Notes under the pieces: model-generated
Seen by the model: only the letters and a program-made list of their open reading frames with translations
What the model was told of the DNA's origin: nothing
Databases searched by the model: none
Position numbers and translations under genes: made by a program
In this document: piece after piece, positions 12,691 through 25,845 of the stretch
Layout of the letters: each line of letters starts with the position of its first letter
Position numbering within the stretch: the first letter of the stretch is position 1
Assembly (NCBI RefSeq): GCF_006345805.1
Contig: NC_043003.1
Span: 56,296,001 to 56,360,000 of the forward strand
Direction: 5' to 3'
Source of the DNA: Octopus sinensis
Taxonomy: Eukaryota
Length of the DNA: 64,000 nucleotides

Positions 12691-15307
12691 TCATATAACC
12701 AGCATTTGCCCTGATCAGTAACGTGGCTAAATATTCGGCTTATTCACTAATGTGGCCAGCTAGTATGAGATATATACAATGGTTTTCTGCTGTATAATGA
12801 CTTCCACACTTCCTTTAGACTGAGAAATGACAGTATGGGCATAATATCTGATGAAACGTCTTGCCGTATTTGATAGCTTCTTTTAAGTTCTGTGCTTAAA
12901 TTCAACAAATGTTGACTTTCGTTTTCATCCGTGTGTGTTATATGGAATGAGAGGTAGTTGAAATTTTGTGTCCATAAAAGCTGTAGAATTTCAGGCTTAA
13001 GGCAATGTCAGAAATCTGATTTAAATAACAAAGGTCATTGAAATACAATAGGTCTATAGAGTAATTATGGCTACAGGCATGGTTGTATGCTTAAGAACGT
13101 TGCTTCACAACTCCGTGGTTTCTGCTCAGCTCCCACTGTGTAGCAATTTGGGATACTGTGTTCTATCATAGCCTCGGGTAAACCGAAGCAGCGTCAGTAC
13201 AATATGCCGGAGGATGTCATTCCTCTACTGTGTGACAGCCATAATCCCTCAGCTCTTTTTCTTTCAATCATTTGGATATCTCTGGTGTGAATATTAACCC
13301 TTTCTTTCTTCTTTTCCTTTCCTCTTTTCTTCTTCCTTCCTTTCTGTTTTGCTTGTTCTTAATGGTTTTAGCACAGCGATTATATGTCTAAATCACATAA
13401 TATCATGCATGTCCCATCATATCGGCATCGCATTTTAATTGTTATTTTTAATCCGTAAATATCAATGAAATTAGCGGCAGTGGTAATTCGAGGATAGCAG
13501 CTCAATATAAGATTGCCATACTGGCTCTTCGAAAACTTGTAAAAGATCAGTTGAAGGCGTTGAGTTGACAGAATCATTAACGCGTTGTAAAAATTCTTAG
13601 CGGAATTTCTTCTGGTTTTACGTTATCAATCCGAATGCCACATTTTGGTGGGGTGGGGTGTTCGATAAATAAGCACTAATTGAAGATTGGGATCGATGTA
13701 ATCGATCATCATCCTCCTCCAAAGTTTTCAGGCCTCGTGCTTATAAGAGAAATGTTACTTAGAACATTGAATTGGCCGAGTCAGTAAAATAGCCGCAAAT
13801 GTATTACGGTGTTTAGTCAAGTTCCTTTACATTATGATTTCGAATCCTGTTGAGGAAGAATGTACACTTAGCCCATTCCTAGGTGATTAAATATAATACC
13901 ACCGTCGACTCCTTCGACTGTTCAACTAGCCAAATGTATTTTGCTTTGTTTTTGTTAGTTAGAATTTGCTATTTATATAAATGTAATTTAAATAATAGAT
14001 TGCTTTATACAACTTCGCCATTTTCAGAAAATGAGATGAAAAACTTTCTTTTTTGGTAAGTGAAATCTTCGAGTGGCATGGAAAATGTATTGTTTCTTTC
14101 TTCTGTTATTTTTTTCTTTTCCTTACAGTTATTTTTATATCTTTTATCTTCATTTATTTATTTGTGTCTTGAGAAAATTTACGTCAAAATGATTATTCAA
14201 TTAAATGAAATATACAGAATAAATGTAATTATAATAATATACCCATGTCGTCTGTCAGGGCGAAGGCTTCAATAAATGTTGCTTCGATTTTTTTTTTTTT
14301 TGTGTGTGTAAATTCAATTTGAAATTCAGAATTCTGTTTTTGTTTTTGTTCTTTTTTAATTTTTTAGTGAATTTCATTTTCAGTTTTTAAATTTTCACTT
14401 TCGTTCTGATTTCCCTCTGGATTTGAACATTTTCAATCGTAGATTAGAAAAAAATGTTAATATTTTGGAAATATTAATTCCTAAAATAGACAGACGCAAG
14501 ACCACACAATTTTATGTCGGGCTAAATTTTATCACATCAACCTCAGTTGCTAACTGGTACTCTATATTTCTCGATCCACGTAAGATTGAAAACAGAATCA
14601 TATACAAATGTAATATTATATATTGAAAGTATAAAATCCGAGAAAATGTACCGGTTCTTTGCATTGTCAAGAAATAAATACAAATGATTTCCAAAGTAGA
14701 AGAAGCCACTCGATAGATGAGCGAGGTTTCATGAAGGGATGCGTTTTACGTAGTTTTCTCACTGAAATAGAAGATTTCACATCTTCCTCACTATAAAAAT
14801 GTCTCAATTTCTAAAAGGTTACGTGTAAATTTTGTGATTTGACTGTCTGCAAACTGAGTTCAAATTCTGCCAAGGAGAAATTTGTCTTCTGTCCATTCGG
14901 GGTGAATAAATAACTGGGACTTACTCTTCTTCTTTAACTGTTTCTCTGTCTCTCTCCTCGTCTTTGACAGACGTAGATCGGTAAAAGTCGTTAGATTGTA
15001 AGACTGCTTTGTGGAAATTGTTCCCGCTGTTTGTGATTTGAATTCTAATTCCCACTGATGAGAAATTTACCTCTTCTCTATCTGGGCTCGATGGATAACT
15101 GGGGTTGATTCTTCTATTTCCTTAACACTTTCTTCCGGCCCATCACTTACACTACTTAGACAGAAAGTGATTGTGGTCAGACCTGAAGGATATCTTCCCC
15201 ACATCCAAGTGCCCAGAACAAGCTGAATGTCAGGACGGTGCCCTTCTGACACCATACCGGATCAGTTAAGGTTTTATGACACTCTTGAGACAGTTTTTTT
15301 TTCGTAG

Positions 15308-15490
15308 TTTTCAAATTTTAACACAAGGCCAGCAAGTTTAGGGGAAGGAGGAAGACGATTACATCGATCCCAGTACGTAATTGGTAATTAACTAATCTAC
15401 CCCGAGAGGATGAAAGGCAAAATCGACCTCGGCGTCATTTGAAATTAGAACAAAAGACGGACAAAATGCCGCTAAGCATTTTACCCTTAT
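15308..15490 (-). mobile_element. SINE family C
   Basis: Reverse complement reads aatgcttagcggcattttgtccgtc..gaggtcgattttgcctttcatcctctcgggg..gatcgatgtaatcg. Confidence 0.8.
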
Positions 15491-16630
15491 TCACCACCTT
15501 ATTTTGTTATCGTAGCAAACAGTTACTGTAAATATTGACTTTATCAGTGCACACTGACTAATGATAGAATGATAATTTTGTGCACTCATTAATATGTGGT
15601 GCTCCGAGACTGACTAATTATTTCGCAAAATATTTTCTGCGACTACTACAAACTGGTAGAGATGTGTCGGTTGCACTCTGTTATATTATAAACCAAAATA
15701 ATTTCTAGTTTCAATTGTCTAAAATATAATCCTAGCGGAGAGGTATGGCCGCAAAACTAGTAACACGAGTACAAAAATTAGAAGATTTTAGCAGAACTCA
15801 TATGCGATTTTCAAAACAAATACAAAAATAGAACATCGAAGCTAGATCTGTAGTTTAATGACAGAAAAAAACCCTCACTGTTGTAATTTTAATTAATCAT
15901 TAAAAGAAAGCGAAAATATTTTGTGGGAAGAATATATTCCTGTAAAAGCAAAGAACGCAAAACGCATCCAGGCTATTACGATAGTAATTATGAATATGAT
16001 ATTTTTTTTATTAGATAAACATTTATTATATTTTATCGAAAGCGTCGTTATCTCGTACTAGTCAGAATGTTTCAAATTGAATTCAGTTTAAAAAACAGTA
16101 ACGAAATCATAGGGTAACCATTAATTAACCAACAATATACTGATCGCATTCTCGAAGCCCGGACCTGTACAAGATACGTTACTACTGCTGTCGGTGGTTT
16201 GTGTCCGCGTAATCCACAATAATCTAGACATTTAATGAAAGGTGTGCCAGTTCTGGTAATCCTGTTTATTTTCAGCTTTACATAGCTCATCCGAGACAAT
16301 CTTATCCAATTCGTCTTTTCTTTCCTTTTTGAATACCGTAGGGTGTTAATAAATAAAAATTACGCAACAATTTCTAACAGCTTTAACAACCATCAAAGAA
16401 TTAAATCTTCATTAATTGTACTCATGTCTACACCCATAATAGGAGGTTAAACATTGTTGCTAGAAGAAAAAGACACGTCATCAATATTGTGTCTGTTTTT
16501 TTTTTTTCATATTTAGATGGATGGATTTACTCTGTCACCGAAATCTAAACTTCATGAATCATATTTTCTAAAATAAAACTTAGTAGGAAATTATTTCTCT
16601 CGGCCATGATTTGCTTCTTTAATTCATCTT

Positions 16631-16795
16631 TGTCTGAAAGTTAGTTTATACGGATGAATATACGTATACAAGCATATATACATACATACATGTATACATA
16701 CATAAACACATTATGTCTGAAAGTTAGCTTATACGGATGAATATACATATACAAGCATACATACATACATACATGTATACATACATAAACACATA
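16631..16795. repeat. Direct tandem duplication, unit ~83 bp
   Basis: tgtctgaaagttag.ttatacggatgaatatac..catacataaacaca occurs twice back to back. Confidence 0.9.
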
Positions 16796-16814
16796 TACAT
16801 GTATACAAATGAAA

Positions 16815-16849
<35 letters not shown>

Positions 16850-17027
16850 CGCAGGTGTGGCTTCCCAACCACATGGTCCTGGGTTCAGTCCCACACTGTG
16901 TGATATCTTGGGTATGTGCCTTATTCCATTATAGCCTCGGGCCGGCCAAAGCATTGTGAGTGGATTTGCTAGATGGAAAGTGAAAGAAGCCCGCCATATA
17001 TATATATATAATATATATATATATAGT

Positions 17028-17228
17028 TAATCCAAACAAGAAAGCACAAGAAAAAACACACAACGCGAGGTCGTGGAACAAATATAGTATTATTGGACGC
17101 TCAGGAAAGAAGGAAATAAGAAGGGTTTAACGTTTCGAGCGGAGCTCTTCGTCGGAAACATAGGAGAAGGAAAGATCCAGAGAAGGGAAGACAGAGGAAA
17201 AAAATCGCCAACGGTACACACGCGGTCA
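17028..17228 (-). mobile_element. Penelope-like pLTR fragment
   Basis: (TA)n on both sides; carries a minimal hammerhead-like motif. Confidence 0.65.
17125..17159 (-). ncRNA. Minimal type I hammerhead-like motif, U4C core variant
   Basis: Minus strand: gttt CCGACGA a gagc tcc gctc GAAAC GT T aaac; stems I and II pair perfectly; stem III is the palindrome ACGT. Confidence 0.7.
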
Positions 17229-17284
17229 TATATATATAGGGCCGGCTTCTTTCACTTTCCATCTAGCAAATCCACTCACAAGGC

Positions 17285-17334
<50 letters not shown>

Positions 17335-17576
17335 TGTCTGTCTGTCTGTCTGTCTGTCTTGAAAACCGGTATTGGTGTGCTTACATCCTCGTAACTTAAC
17401 GGTTCGGGAAAAGAATCCGATAGAATAATTACAAGGCTTAAAAAAGATAAGATCTGGAGTCGATTTGTTTGGCTAAAACTCTTCGAGACGGTAATCCGAC
17501 ATGGCCGCTGTCAAATAACTGAAACAAGTGAAAGAATAAAAGAAAAAAAGGATATATATCTCTGCGTGTATGTGTG

Positions 17577-17648
<72 letters not shown>

Positions 17649-17649
17649 C

Positions 17650-17720
<71 letters not shown>

Positions 17721-17726
17721 GAGATT

Positions 17727-17788
<62 letters not shown>

Positions 17789-17790
17789 GA
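17577..17790. repeat. (GATA)n tetranucleotide microsatellite
   Basis: Directly visible, ~210 bp. Confidence 0.98.
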
Positions 17791-18751
17791 TTCATTCTTA
17801 GAGATATGTTGTACATAGACATTTTGAACATACTCCATTTAAAGAAAATGATAATAGAAAAAAACTAGTGTCAAATGACAGCAAATAACTTTACCGAGAG
17901 ACAAGAACTGTAAATGGATGTTTTAAAGAGAAAGAATTACACGCCATAGACTATTATGTAATTTTGAACACTGCCATATTGACTATAACTGAGGTTACTG
18001 CAATTTACATATTGTGATATGAGAAACCAGTTCTTAATATCATCACACACCATATCATATGGATTATTTGATTTTATATGAGAATTATAAAATAATTTAT
18101 TAATTTCATGCGGTCTATATTATGTTAGAGAATATTTCTCGTCCATTTATTGGGAACATTACACTAATTAAATGTCTAAATGTCTGAGGTGAGTTACTGC
18201 TAATAAGATTATAATTTTCGAACTATTAATCGAATATTTAAAGATCAAACGTTTTTACACACATCACATGGACATCGACACTAACATTTCGATCTGTTAG
18301 ATTTTCGATCGTGATCACGTGTATTCTTCCAGGTTATTTAATATAGACATGAGTGTTTCTCTACATCTTTTTTTTTAACTGATTTCCAGCTTCGAATCTT
18401 AGTCCGATATTGCATAATAAGCATCACACCTACGAATTTTTAGGATTCATTCGGCTGCGAGCAGAAAGCAGGTTGAACCTGAAAGTGTAGCTTTATGTTG
18501 ACTAGTAAATAATGAGTAGCTCTCTCAGACTTCTCATTCTCTCAAACAAACACTCACGCATTCACATATATAAAATCAGCGGGTTCGAGAAATAATATAT
18601 ATTTATGTCACTAAGTGATTTCCATACGATTACACCCGTTTCACAAGCTTTCTCACGTGACATTAATTTCAGCATGCAAGAAATTATAAGTACATGCTTG
18701 CAGTAATATATCTGCTCGCTCAGCATTATGCAGTGCAATAATATATCACAA

Positions 18752-19608
18752 AAGTACAGTTCCCCAAATTACTGTAGAGCTTAATCACCACCGCGAGAAC
18801 CCAGTTTCCACAAAAACTGTTCGCCGGGAGCAGCACAAAGCCGGATTTCACGGGAAGGCTGCAATCAAGAAACCACTACGTTCAAAAACAAACGTTGCAA
18901 AGCGTTTAGAGTGGAGTAAAAACCTACAAAATTGGACGCTAGAGCAGCAGAAGAATGCTATTTTCTCGGACGAGTCATCTTTTACCATATTTCCGACCAC
19001 CGGCCGAGTATACGCGAAGAGGTAGCAAAAAGAAGCGTTTGACCCAGACTGCCTTCTTCTAACTATTATATATGGAGGTGGATCTGTGAAGATCTGGGGT
19101 GGGACTATATCTTGGAAATCTGCCGGCCCAATGGTTTCCCTTGATGGCAGAATTAATAGATAAGACTATTTAAGCATGTTATCTGGACAAAATTCATCCT
19201 ATGTTTGTGGAAGTGTTTCTGGAGAGAAATGCAATCCTTCAGGATGATAATGCACCAATTCACACAGCTAAAATTGTTACTGAATGGCACGAGGAACATT
19301 TTAGTGAAGTTGAGCATCATATCTAACCACAACATTCCTCGGATCTCAATATTATTGAATATTTATGGTGTATTTTAGAAGAACAATTAAGGATTCGATA
19401 ACCTCCACCATCATCATTATAAGAATTGGAGGCTGTTTTAGCTGAAGAATGGACAAAAATTCCTTTAGAAACAATTCAAACTTTTGTACGAGTCCATACC
19501 TCGTAGATTTCAAGCAGTAATTGCTGCCAAGTGCAGTACAACTACATGTTAAAATTAATTTGTTTGAAATTTTAAGGTGTTTCCATTATTTTGTCCAATC
19601 CCTGTGTA
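18752..19608 (+). mobile_element. Tc1-family transposon remnant (DD36E spacing), 5'-truncated, 3' end retained
   Basis: VSTKTVRR..KKPL..KRLEW..IFSDES..GGGSVKIWG..LQDDNAPIH..SSDLNIIEYLW..ELEAVLAEEWTKIP..SIPRRFQAVIAAK; ends ttttgtccaatccctgtgta. Confidence 0.9.
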
Positions 19609-19641
19609 TATACATACATACATACATACACACACACACAT

Positions 19642-19677
<36 letters not shown>

Positions 19678-20272
19678 TTCCAATACTTTAAACGCAGTTC
19701 TGTCTCAAAAGACATTACCTGCGGCAAATGGACAACAAAACAACTAACAAAGACAACGCGACGAAAGCTACAAATATTTCCATGTTGATGTTTTGTTAGC
19801 TTTCAAATTGCTATTGTTACTTCTGTTTGGAAACTATATAAATTTTAATCAAATATTCTTATCAATTTTTATTTTTAAATATATGCTATAATTTCAAACA
19901 GAATCTGATAGGTGTATTGGTTTTTTGTCTTTGATGATATTCTCGGTGTTTTTAGCTGTTATTTTCCTGGGTTTTTATTTGTTCTAAATTTAAAAATTGC
20001 TATCCTAGTTATCACTTCTTATTGTAATTAGATTATCTGCTGTGGCTGTTATGCTGTTTTTGTACTTTTTCTAAAGTTGTTTTGTTTGGGTGCGTATACA
20101 TATATATAGACACACAGAAACATACATACTTAACTAGAGATAGACAGATCGACAGATAGATAAATAGAAAGAAACATATATATATGCATACACATATACA
20201 TGTGTATATAAGTATATATATATACATATACATACATACATACATACATATATATATATATAAATATATATA

Positions 20273-20317
<45 letters not shown>

Positions 20318-20900
20318 CACGCATATATATTTTGTATTCGGTTTCAAGTATACATATTTAAAAGAATTTGTTTTCTCTTCTAAGAACTCTCTCACTAACC
20401 GTTCTTCTCTCTCGACAATCATCTCTTTTTCACTAACTCACCTCCCTCCACTCTCTCTTTCTCTTCCTCTCTCTCTCTCTCTCCCACTCCCTCTCTCTTT
20501 CTCTCTGCATCTCTAACTACCACACTGCTTGCCGGTAGCAATAATTCCTATTTGAGGAATGTTTTTGGTGATTTCGTTGTTAATATCTTTTTAGTTCTCA
20601 TTTAATTATTATTTCTTATTATAGTCATCTTTTTTTCACTATTCCAAAATTAGCAGTTGTTCGTACATGATGCTTTAGGATACACAATTGCTCATATACA
20701 TGTTTAAATCTATATTTTTATACATGTGTGTATGTGCGTTAGTATATACACACAAAATGTATGACTATTTGTAGAAGTGCTTTCATATATATACATATAT
20801 ATATATATTTTTGGGTGGGTGTACATATGTATATGCATATACATACATGTATACAACATATAAGTATCCGTATGTATGTATGTATGATATTATATAAGAA

Positions 20901-20988
<88 letters not shown>

Positions 20989-21116
20989 ATGCTTGGATGT
21001 ATGATAAATTATAAGAAGTGTGTATATATATATATATATATGTATAGATAGATAGATGGATAGACAGATAGATAGTTAGATATATAGTTAGAAAGGTAGC
21101 TAGACAGACAGACAGA

Positions 21117-21164
<48 letters not shown>

Positions 21165-21419
21165 TTGATAGATAGATAGAGATATATAGATAGATTGTAG
21201 ATAGAGAGAGAGAGAGGGAAAGATAAACAAGTTGATAGATAGAGAGAAAGAGAGGTAGATAAATGGACAGATGGATAGATATACCTTATACATGAACATA
21301 CACACAGCATACACAGTTTCAAATACACATGTATACATAATTGCTTATATGCTTATATACACACGTACATATTCACATGCATACACATACATACATACAT
21401 ACATACATACATACATACA

Positions 21420-21451
<32 letters not shown>

Positions 21452-21639
21452 GTAAAACTATTGGATAGTTGGACACTATCATCAGATGCAGACTGGAAAC
21501 TGAATTCACCAACCACCAGCTTCGAGGGTATGATAGATTCTCCAAACGACGACATGTGAATCGCCGCCGAGAAACACCAACAAGAAAACAGATCGCCTTG
21601 AAACCTTTTCTACGAGACGTACGTGATAAACTTTGTTAC

Positions 21640-22285
21640 TGTAAGAAATTACATGAACGCAAAACGATAAACTATAAGATTGCCCGAAACACTAAATCTG
21701 TATAACGCTGTATTATAGATCATACTGTCAATGTTACAAATGTTCCACCCCAGGTGTATCTTGATTCGTTATGGAAGTATGTAAATAAACAACAAAATCT
21801 ACGATTCAGTTCGGTTAAAGAAATTACAATATAAGTACTGTGTAAATGTATTTCCCAAAACATATGACATCACCTATAAAACCCCCTTCCGCTAATAGTC
21901 AATACTAAACTATCGAAAAGAAAATCACCTAAAAGATGCCTGATAGTAGGTTATTAGTGCAAAATGTCTACATCAACAGGCTCTGGATATACGGAACTCG
22001 AAGCTGTCTACAATACATTCAATATAACCATTTCTCAAAATGCTTTTGCTGTTTACTATTTTTACTCTGTTTAACTCTTTTACTTGTTTCATTCATTTGA
22101 CTGTGACCATGCTGGAGCACCACCTTTATTCGAACAAATAGACAACAGGACTTATTCTTCGTAAGCCTAGTACTTATTCTATCGGTCTCTTTTACCGAAC
22201 CGCTAAGTTACGGGGTCATAAACACACCAGCATCTGTTGCCAAGCGATGTTGGGGGTGACAAACACAGACGCACAAACATATACA

Positions 22286-22360
<75 letters not shown>

Positions 22361-23500
22361 GACGGGCTTCTTTCGGTTTCCGTCTACCAAATCCACTCAC
22401 AAGGTTTTGGTCGGCCCGAGGCAATAGTAGAAGGCACTTGCCCAAGGTGCGACGCAGTGGGACTGAACCCGGAACCATGTGGTTTCTAAGCAAGCTACTT
22501 AGCACGCAGCTACTCCTGTGCCATTTCTAGTACCAACGTTTGAAATAGTAGCGTGGACAGCTCGTTGGTATCTGCCAAACTAGAAAGATACTGACTATGA
22601 GTGGTAACATTCGCATCGTCATGGACTATGTAAGACGTAGAGATGGTTACAAAGCGTAGGATCAGTTCAAACGGCCTTTGATGATCACATCGGATTACTC
22701 AGGATAACAGTAAAGAGAGAAGCGTGTAAACAGTAAAGAGAGAAAGATGCGTACTCAAAAGTGAGAACAACTCTTATGCAGGTATACAGAGTGCGCAAAG
22801 GACTCATCTGTTGCAAAGGAAGATTAGAGAAGCATTCAGGAGAAACATTCATTGTACCAGTAGAAAACAATACTTGAATACGTATCCCAAAACTAGAATA
22901 TAACCACCTCTTTGACAGGACGAGTAATCGCTCCTTGATCAGTGATAAATACATTGCAACCAACCCAAAGGATCTACCTTAACTAACTAGGAACACATAT
23001 TAGCTACTAAAAAACTACTAAATATCTGATAGACAAGAGACACAAAGCTGACCACGAAGGTATACGTTGTGATAGATGATATACGTTGTACTATACCAGT
23101 GTCTGTAAGATATTTGCGGCAGCTGATGATCTATGATGTAGATATGATGTAGTTGCTAAACTATTTGCAATGCTATCAGAAATAAGGATTACCCTGATAA
23201 ATATATCAAATGCATTTTCGAACCATAACGTATTTACATCAGAAATATTCCACTAAAAACAGCAATCCATTGCAAACACAACAGACCCGATATTGTTTTA
23301 TTGAACAGGGTATAAAAGTCATGCACTGCTGTAGAGGTTCTTAAACCGGCAAATGTGAATATACCGTCAACATTTCGAGGAAAAAAGAACACTTGTGGTA
23401 AACAAATGCGGAAGTTACAGCTCTTGTACTCTGGTTATTGATTTGCAACTAAAGCCATGATCATAGATACTTTAGACTATGTATATACGGATTCACACAC
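21640..23500 (+). mobile_element. RLE-type (R4/Dong-like) non-LTR retrotransposon remnant, RT core missing, split by a SINE
   Basis: 21640-22010: RNTKSV..NVPP..LDSLW and KLSKRKSPKRCLIVGY*CK (KSPGxDxIxGYWxK-like); 22530-23500: TTKYLIDKR, CRYDVVAK (RHD-like), CKHNRPDIVLLN..CTAVEV..PANVNI..KLQLLY (RLE). Confidence 0.7.
22072..22522 (-). mobile_element. SINE family A, full length
   Basis: Reverse complement of the family consensus, with expanded internal (TA)n(TG)n. Confidence 0.9.
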
Positions 23501-23735
23501 AAAAAAATAACCCGTCAGTTGCCAAGGTTTTGTCTAAAGAAAGAGAGCAAAAGCAGTTGACGCGCCTTCTCTAAATTAAATTTGTTTGCGGCATAGTCAA
23601 ATTTTGCAACGCATTTCGACAACTCTTCATTTGAGATTCTTTAAATGAACCTTGGTTGGGTGCATCTACAAGGCTATTTATATAAAATGCAATCATTCAC
23701 ACACACAAACATACAGACACACATATAAATATATA

Positions 23736-23963
23736 CAGGGTGCGGCAGAAAGGTTGCATCGATTTTAAAGGTTAATTAAAACAAACATATAAAGATGCAT
23801 GAAAAACTTTTGTATTTCTATGAAGTTCATTAAATGCCATTTTTTTCTGTTTTAATTAATATTCAATATGGCCCGGAGTGGAGAGTATCGTTTGCTCTTG
23901 TATCTTCATGTGTTTATTTTTTATAAACCTTTGAAATCGAGGCAACCTTTTTGCCGCGCCCTG
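23736..23963. mobile_element. Tc1/mariner-type MITE, 228 bp
   Basis: ~38-bp TIRs (CAGGGTGCGGCAGAAAGGTTGCATCGATTTTAAAGGTT versus reverse complement CAGGGCGCGGCAAAAAGGTTGCCTCGATTTCAAAGGTT), flanked by TA at 23734-35 and 23964-65. Confidence 0.9.
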
Positions 23964-23989
23964 TATATATATACATATATACGACGGGT

Positions 23990-24137
23990 TTCTTAATATT
24001 TCTGTCTATCACATCCACCCAAACAGTTTTGGGTAGTCTAGAGCTGTTGTAGTAAAAAGGTGACGATAATGTCACGCAGTGAGACTGAACCTAGAACTAT
24101 GTATTTGGGAAACAAGCTTCTTCATACACGTAGCTAC
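23990..24137 (-). mobile_element. SINE family A, degenerate 5' part
   Basis: cacgcagtgagactgaacctagaactatgt..aacaagctt is the reverse complement of the family head. Confidence 0.65.
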
Positions 24138-25454
24138 GGTGTATAGCGGAGTGGGTGTATGCTATATAGGCAAAAAATTAAAATGAATAGATCAGAATGA
24201 ACAGACACGATTTGCAGCCTAATCGAGTAAAAATATTTTTCTCCGGACTTTATCAACACAGAAACATAAATATGAGAGTTATGGTGAAAAACAAGAAAAG
24301 CAACAACGACGATGATGACATAGATTTCTTTGGCATACGTACACTGGATGAAAATATAAACCGAAACATTTCTGAAAGTGACAGTTTGGCCTACGGTGCT
24401 TGTTTAACGGAAAAATTGGACATGACAAAATTACATAAAATTACATGACAAAATTACAAGTAGTCTAGCAGAATTATGACAAACGATACTGCCTCTCGTT
24501 GCCTCATGAATTCATCGATGAACTGTCGAGGAGAATACTCACATATTTCTGCGAATTAAAATATGGCAGCAACTTTGATTTGCCCTCAAACGGTAAACTG
24601 AAGATTCTTTCTGTAAGAGGGGGTGAAAAAACAAAAAATAGAATGTTACTCAACAGTCTGCCTGGAATTTTGAACTCAGAACACAACACAATAAAGAAAA
24701 AATTAATGTGAATTCACACTCGCTTTGGCATTGCTGTTACAATGTTTTGACCAAATCAACACAAATGTGACTATCAGAGATTTCGGCCAAAAAAACTGAC
24801 TCATGGTTCGCGGTCGTATTTGTATTTGCTGCAGAACAGCAAATTTACAATGATCCCCGAAATACTAGTTAGTCATACTGAGAGTTTGGTATTCAGGTGT
24901 GGATATATACGATGGGTATGCGACTGATGTTTCAGAGGAAAAGTCTGTCTTGTAAGATAGTTGTAGCAAGAGATTCATTACGGCACATTTCCATAAAAAC
25001 CTGCAAAATTGCAAGAGGTTATAAGGTGGCAGAAAGTTTCATGTTTCAGCGCCTGAAACATCTTCAGTCTTGGTCGCTGAAATGGTAGCAAACAGATAAT
25101 CTACCATCGCAGCCACCAACATAACCTCGTCGTTTCATGAGGAAGAGAAAATGGAAAATGAAAGAAAGGGACAGTTGAAATAGTCTAAAACGAAAGCGAT
25201 TAAAATGCTTGGTTTCACACTGCTAGTTGGAAGAGCTAAAGAGAAACGTAATATATGAATGAAAGATGCTTCATTTCAATCAGCCTAGTGGTCTTTTTTT
25301 GACGATATTAAGCATGTAATGTGGATACTGCCCCAGAAATACTTTCAGTCCCTACCTCAGCTTTGTAGGGATTTGGTAATTGTTGGTGGATGAAATATTT
25401 TGTGGCACTAAAGACAAGAGTCAGGCATTGACAAAGAAACTATTCAGCATACTT

Positions 25455-25845
25455 GGGCTCAGGAGTTGCTGTGTGTTAAGTAGCTTGCTTACCAACCACA
25501 TGGTTCCGGGTTCAGTCCCACTGCATGTCATCTTGGGCAGGTCTCTTCTACTATAGCCTCGGGCCGACAAAAGCCTAGTGAGTCGATTTCGTTGACGGAA
25601 ACGGAAAGAAGCTCGTCGTATATATGTGTGTGTATGCTTGTGTGTCTCTGTTTGACACTCCAACATCGCTTGGCCACCGATGCTGGTGTGTTTATGTCCC
25701 CGTAACTTAGCGGTTCGGCTAAAGAGACTAATAGAATATGTACTAGGCTTACAAATAATAAATACCGGAGTCGATTTGTTCGGCTAAAGATGGTGCTCCA
25801 GCATGTCCGCAGTCAAATGACTGAAACAAGTAAAAGAGTAAAGGA
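25455..25845 (+). mobile_element. SINE family A, full length
   Basis: Head, core and tail all present. Confidence 0.9.

Larger units (their letters stand above)
16847..17545 (+). mobile_element. SINE family A, interrupted in its internal (TA)n by a PLE fragment
   Basis: 5' half 16847-16996 and 3' half ~17358-17545 match the family consensus. Confidence 0.85.

Noticed and set aside
24197-24711. Two adjacent normal-composition ORFs as a host gene
   Set aside because: No recognisable domain; part of it is a reverse-strand SINE C fragment (gaattttgaactcagaac).
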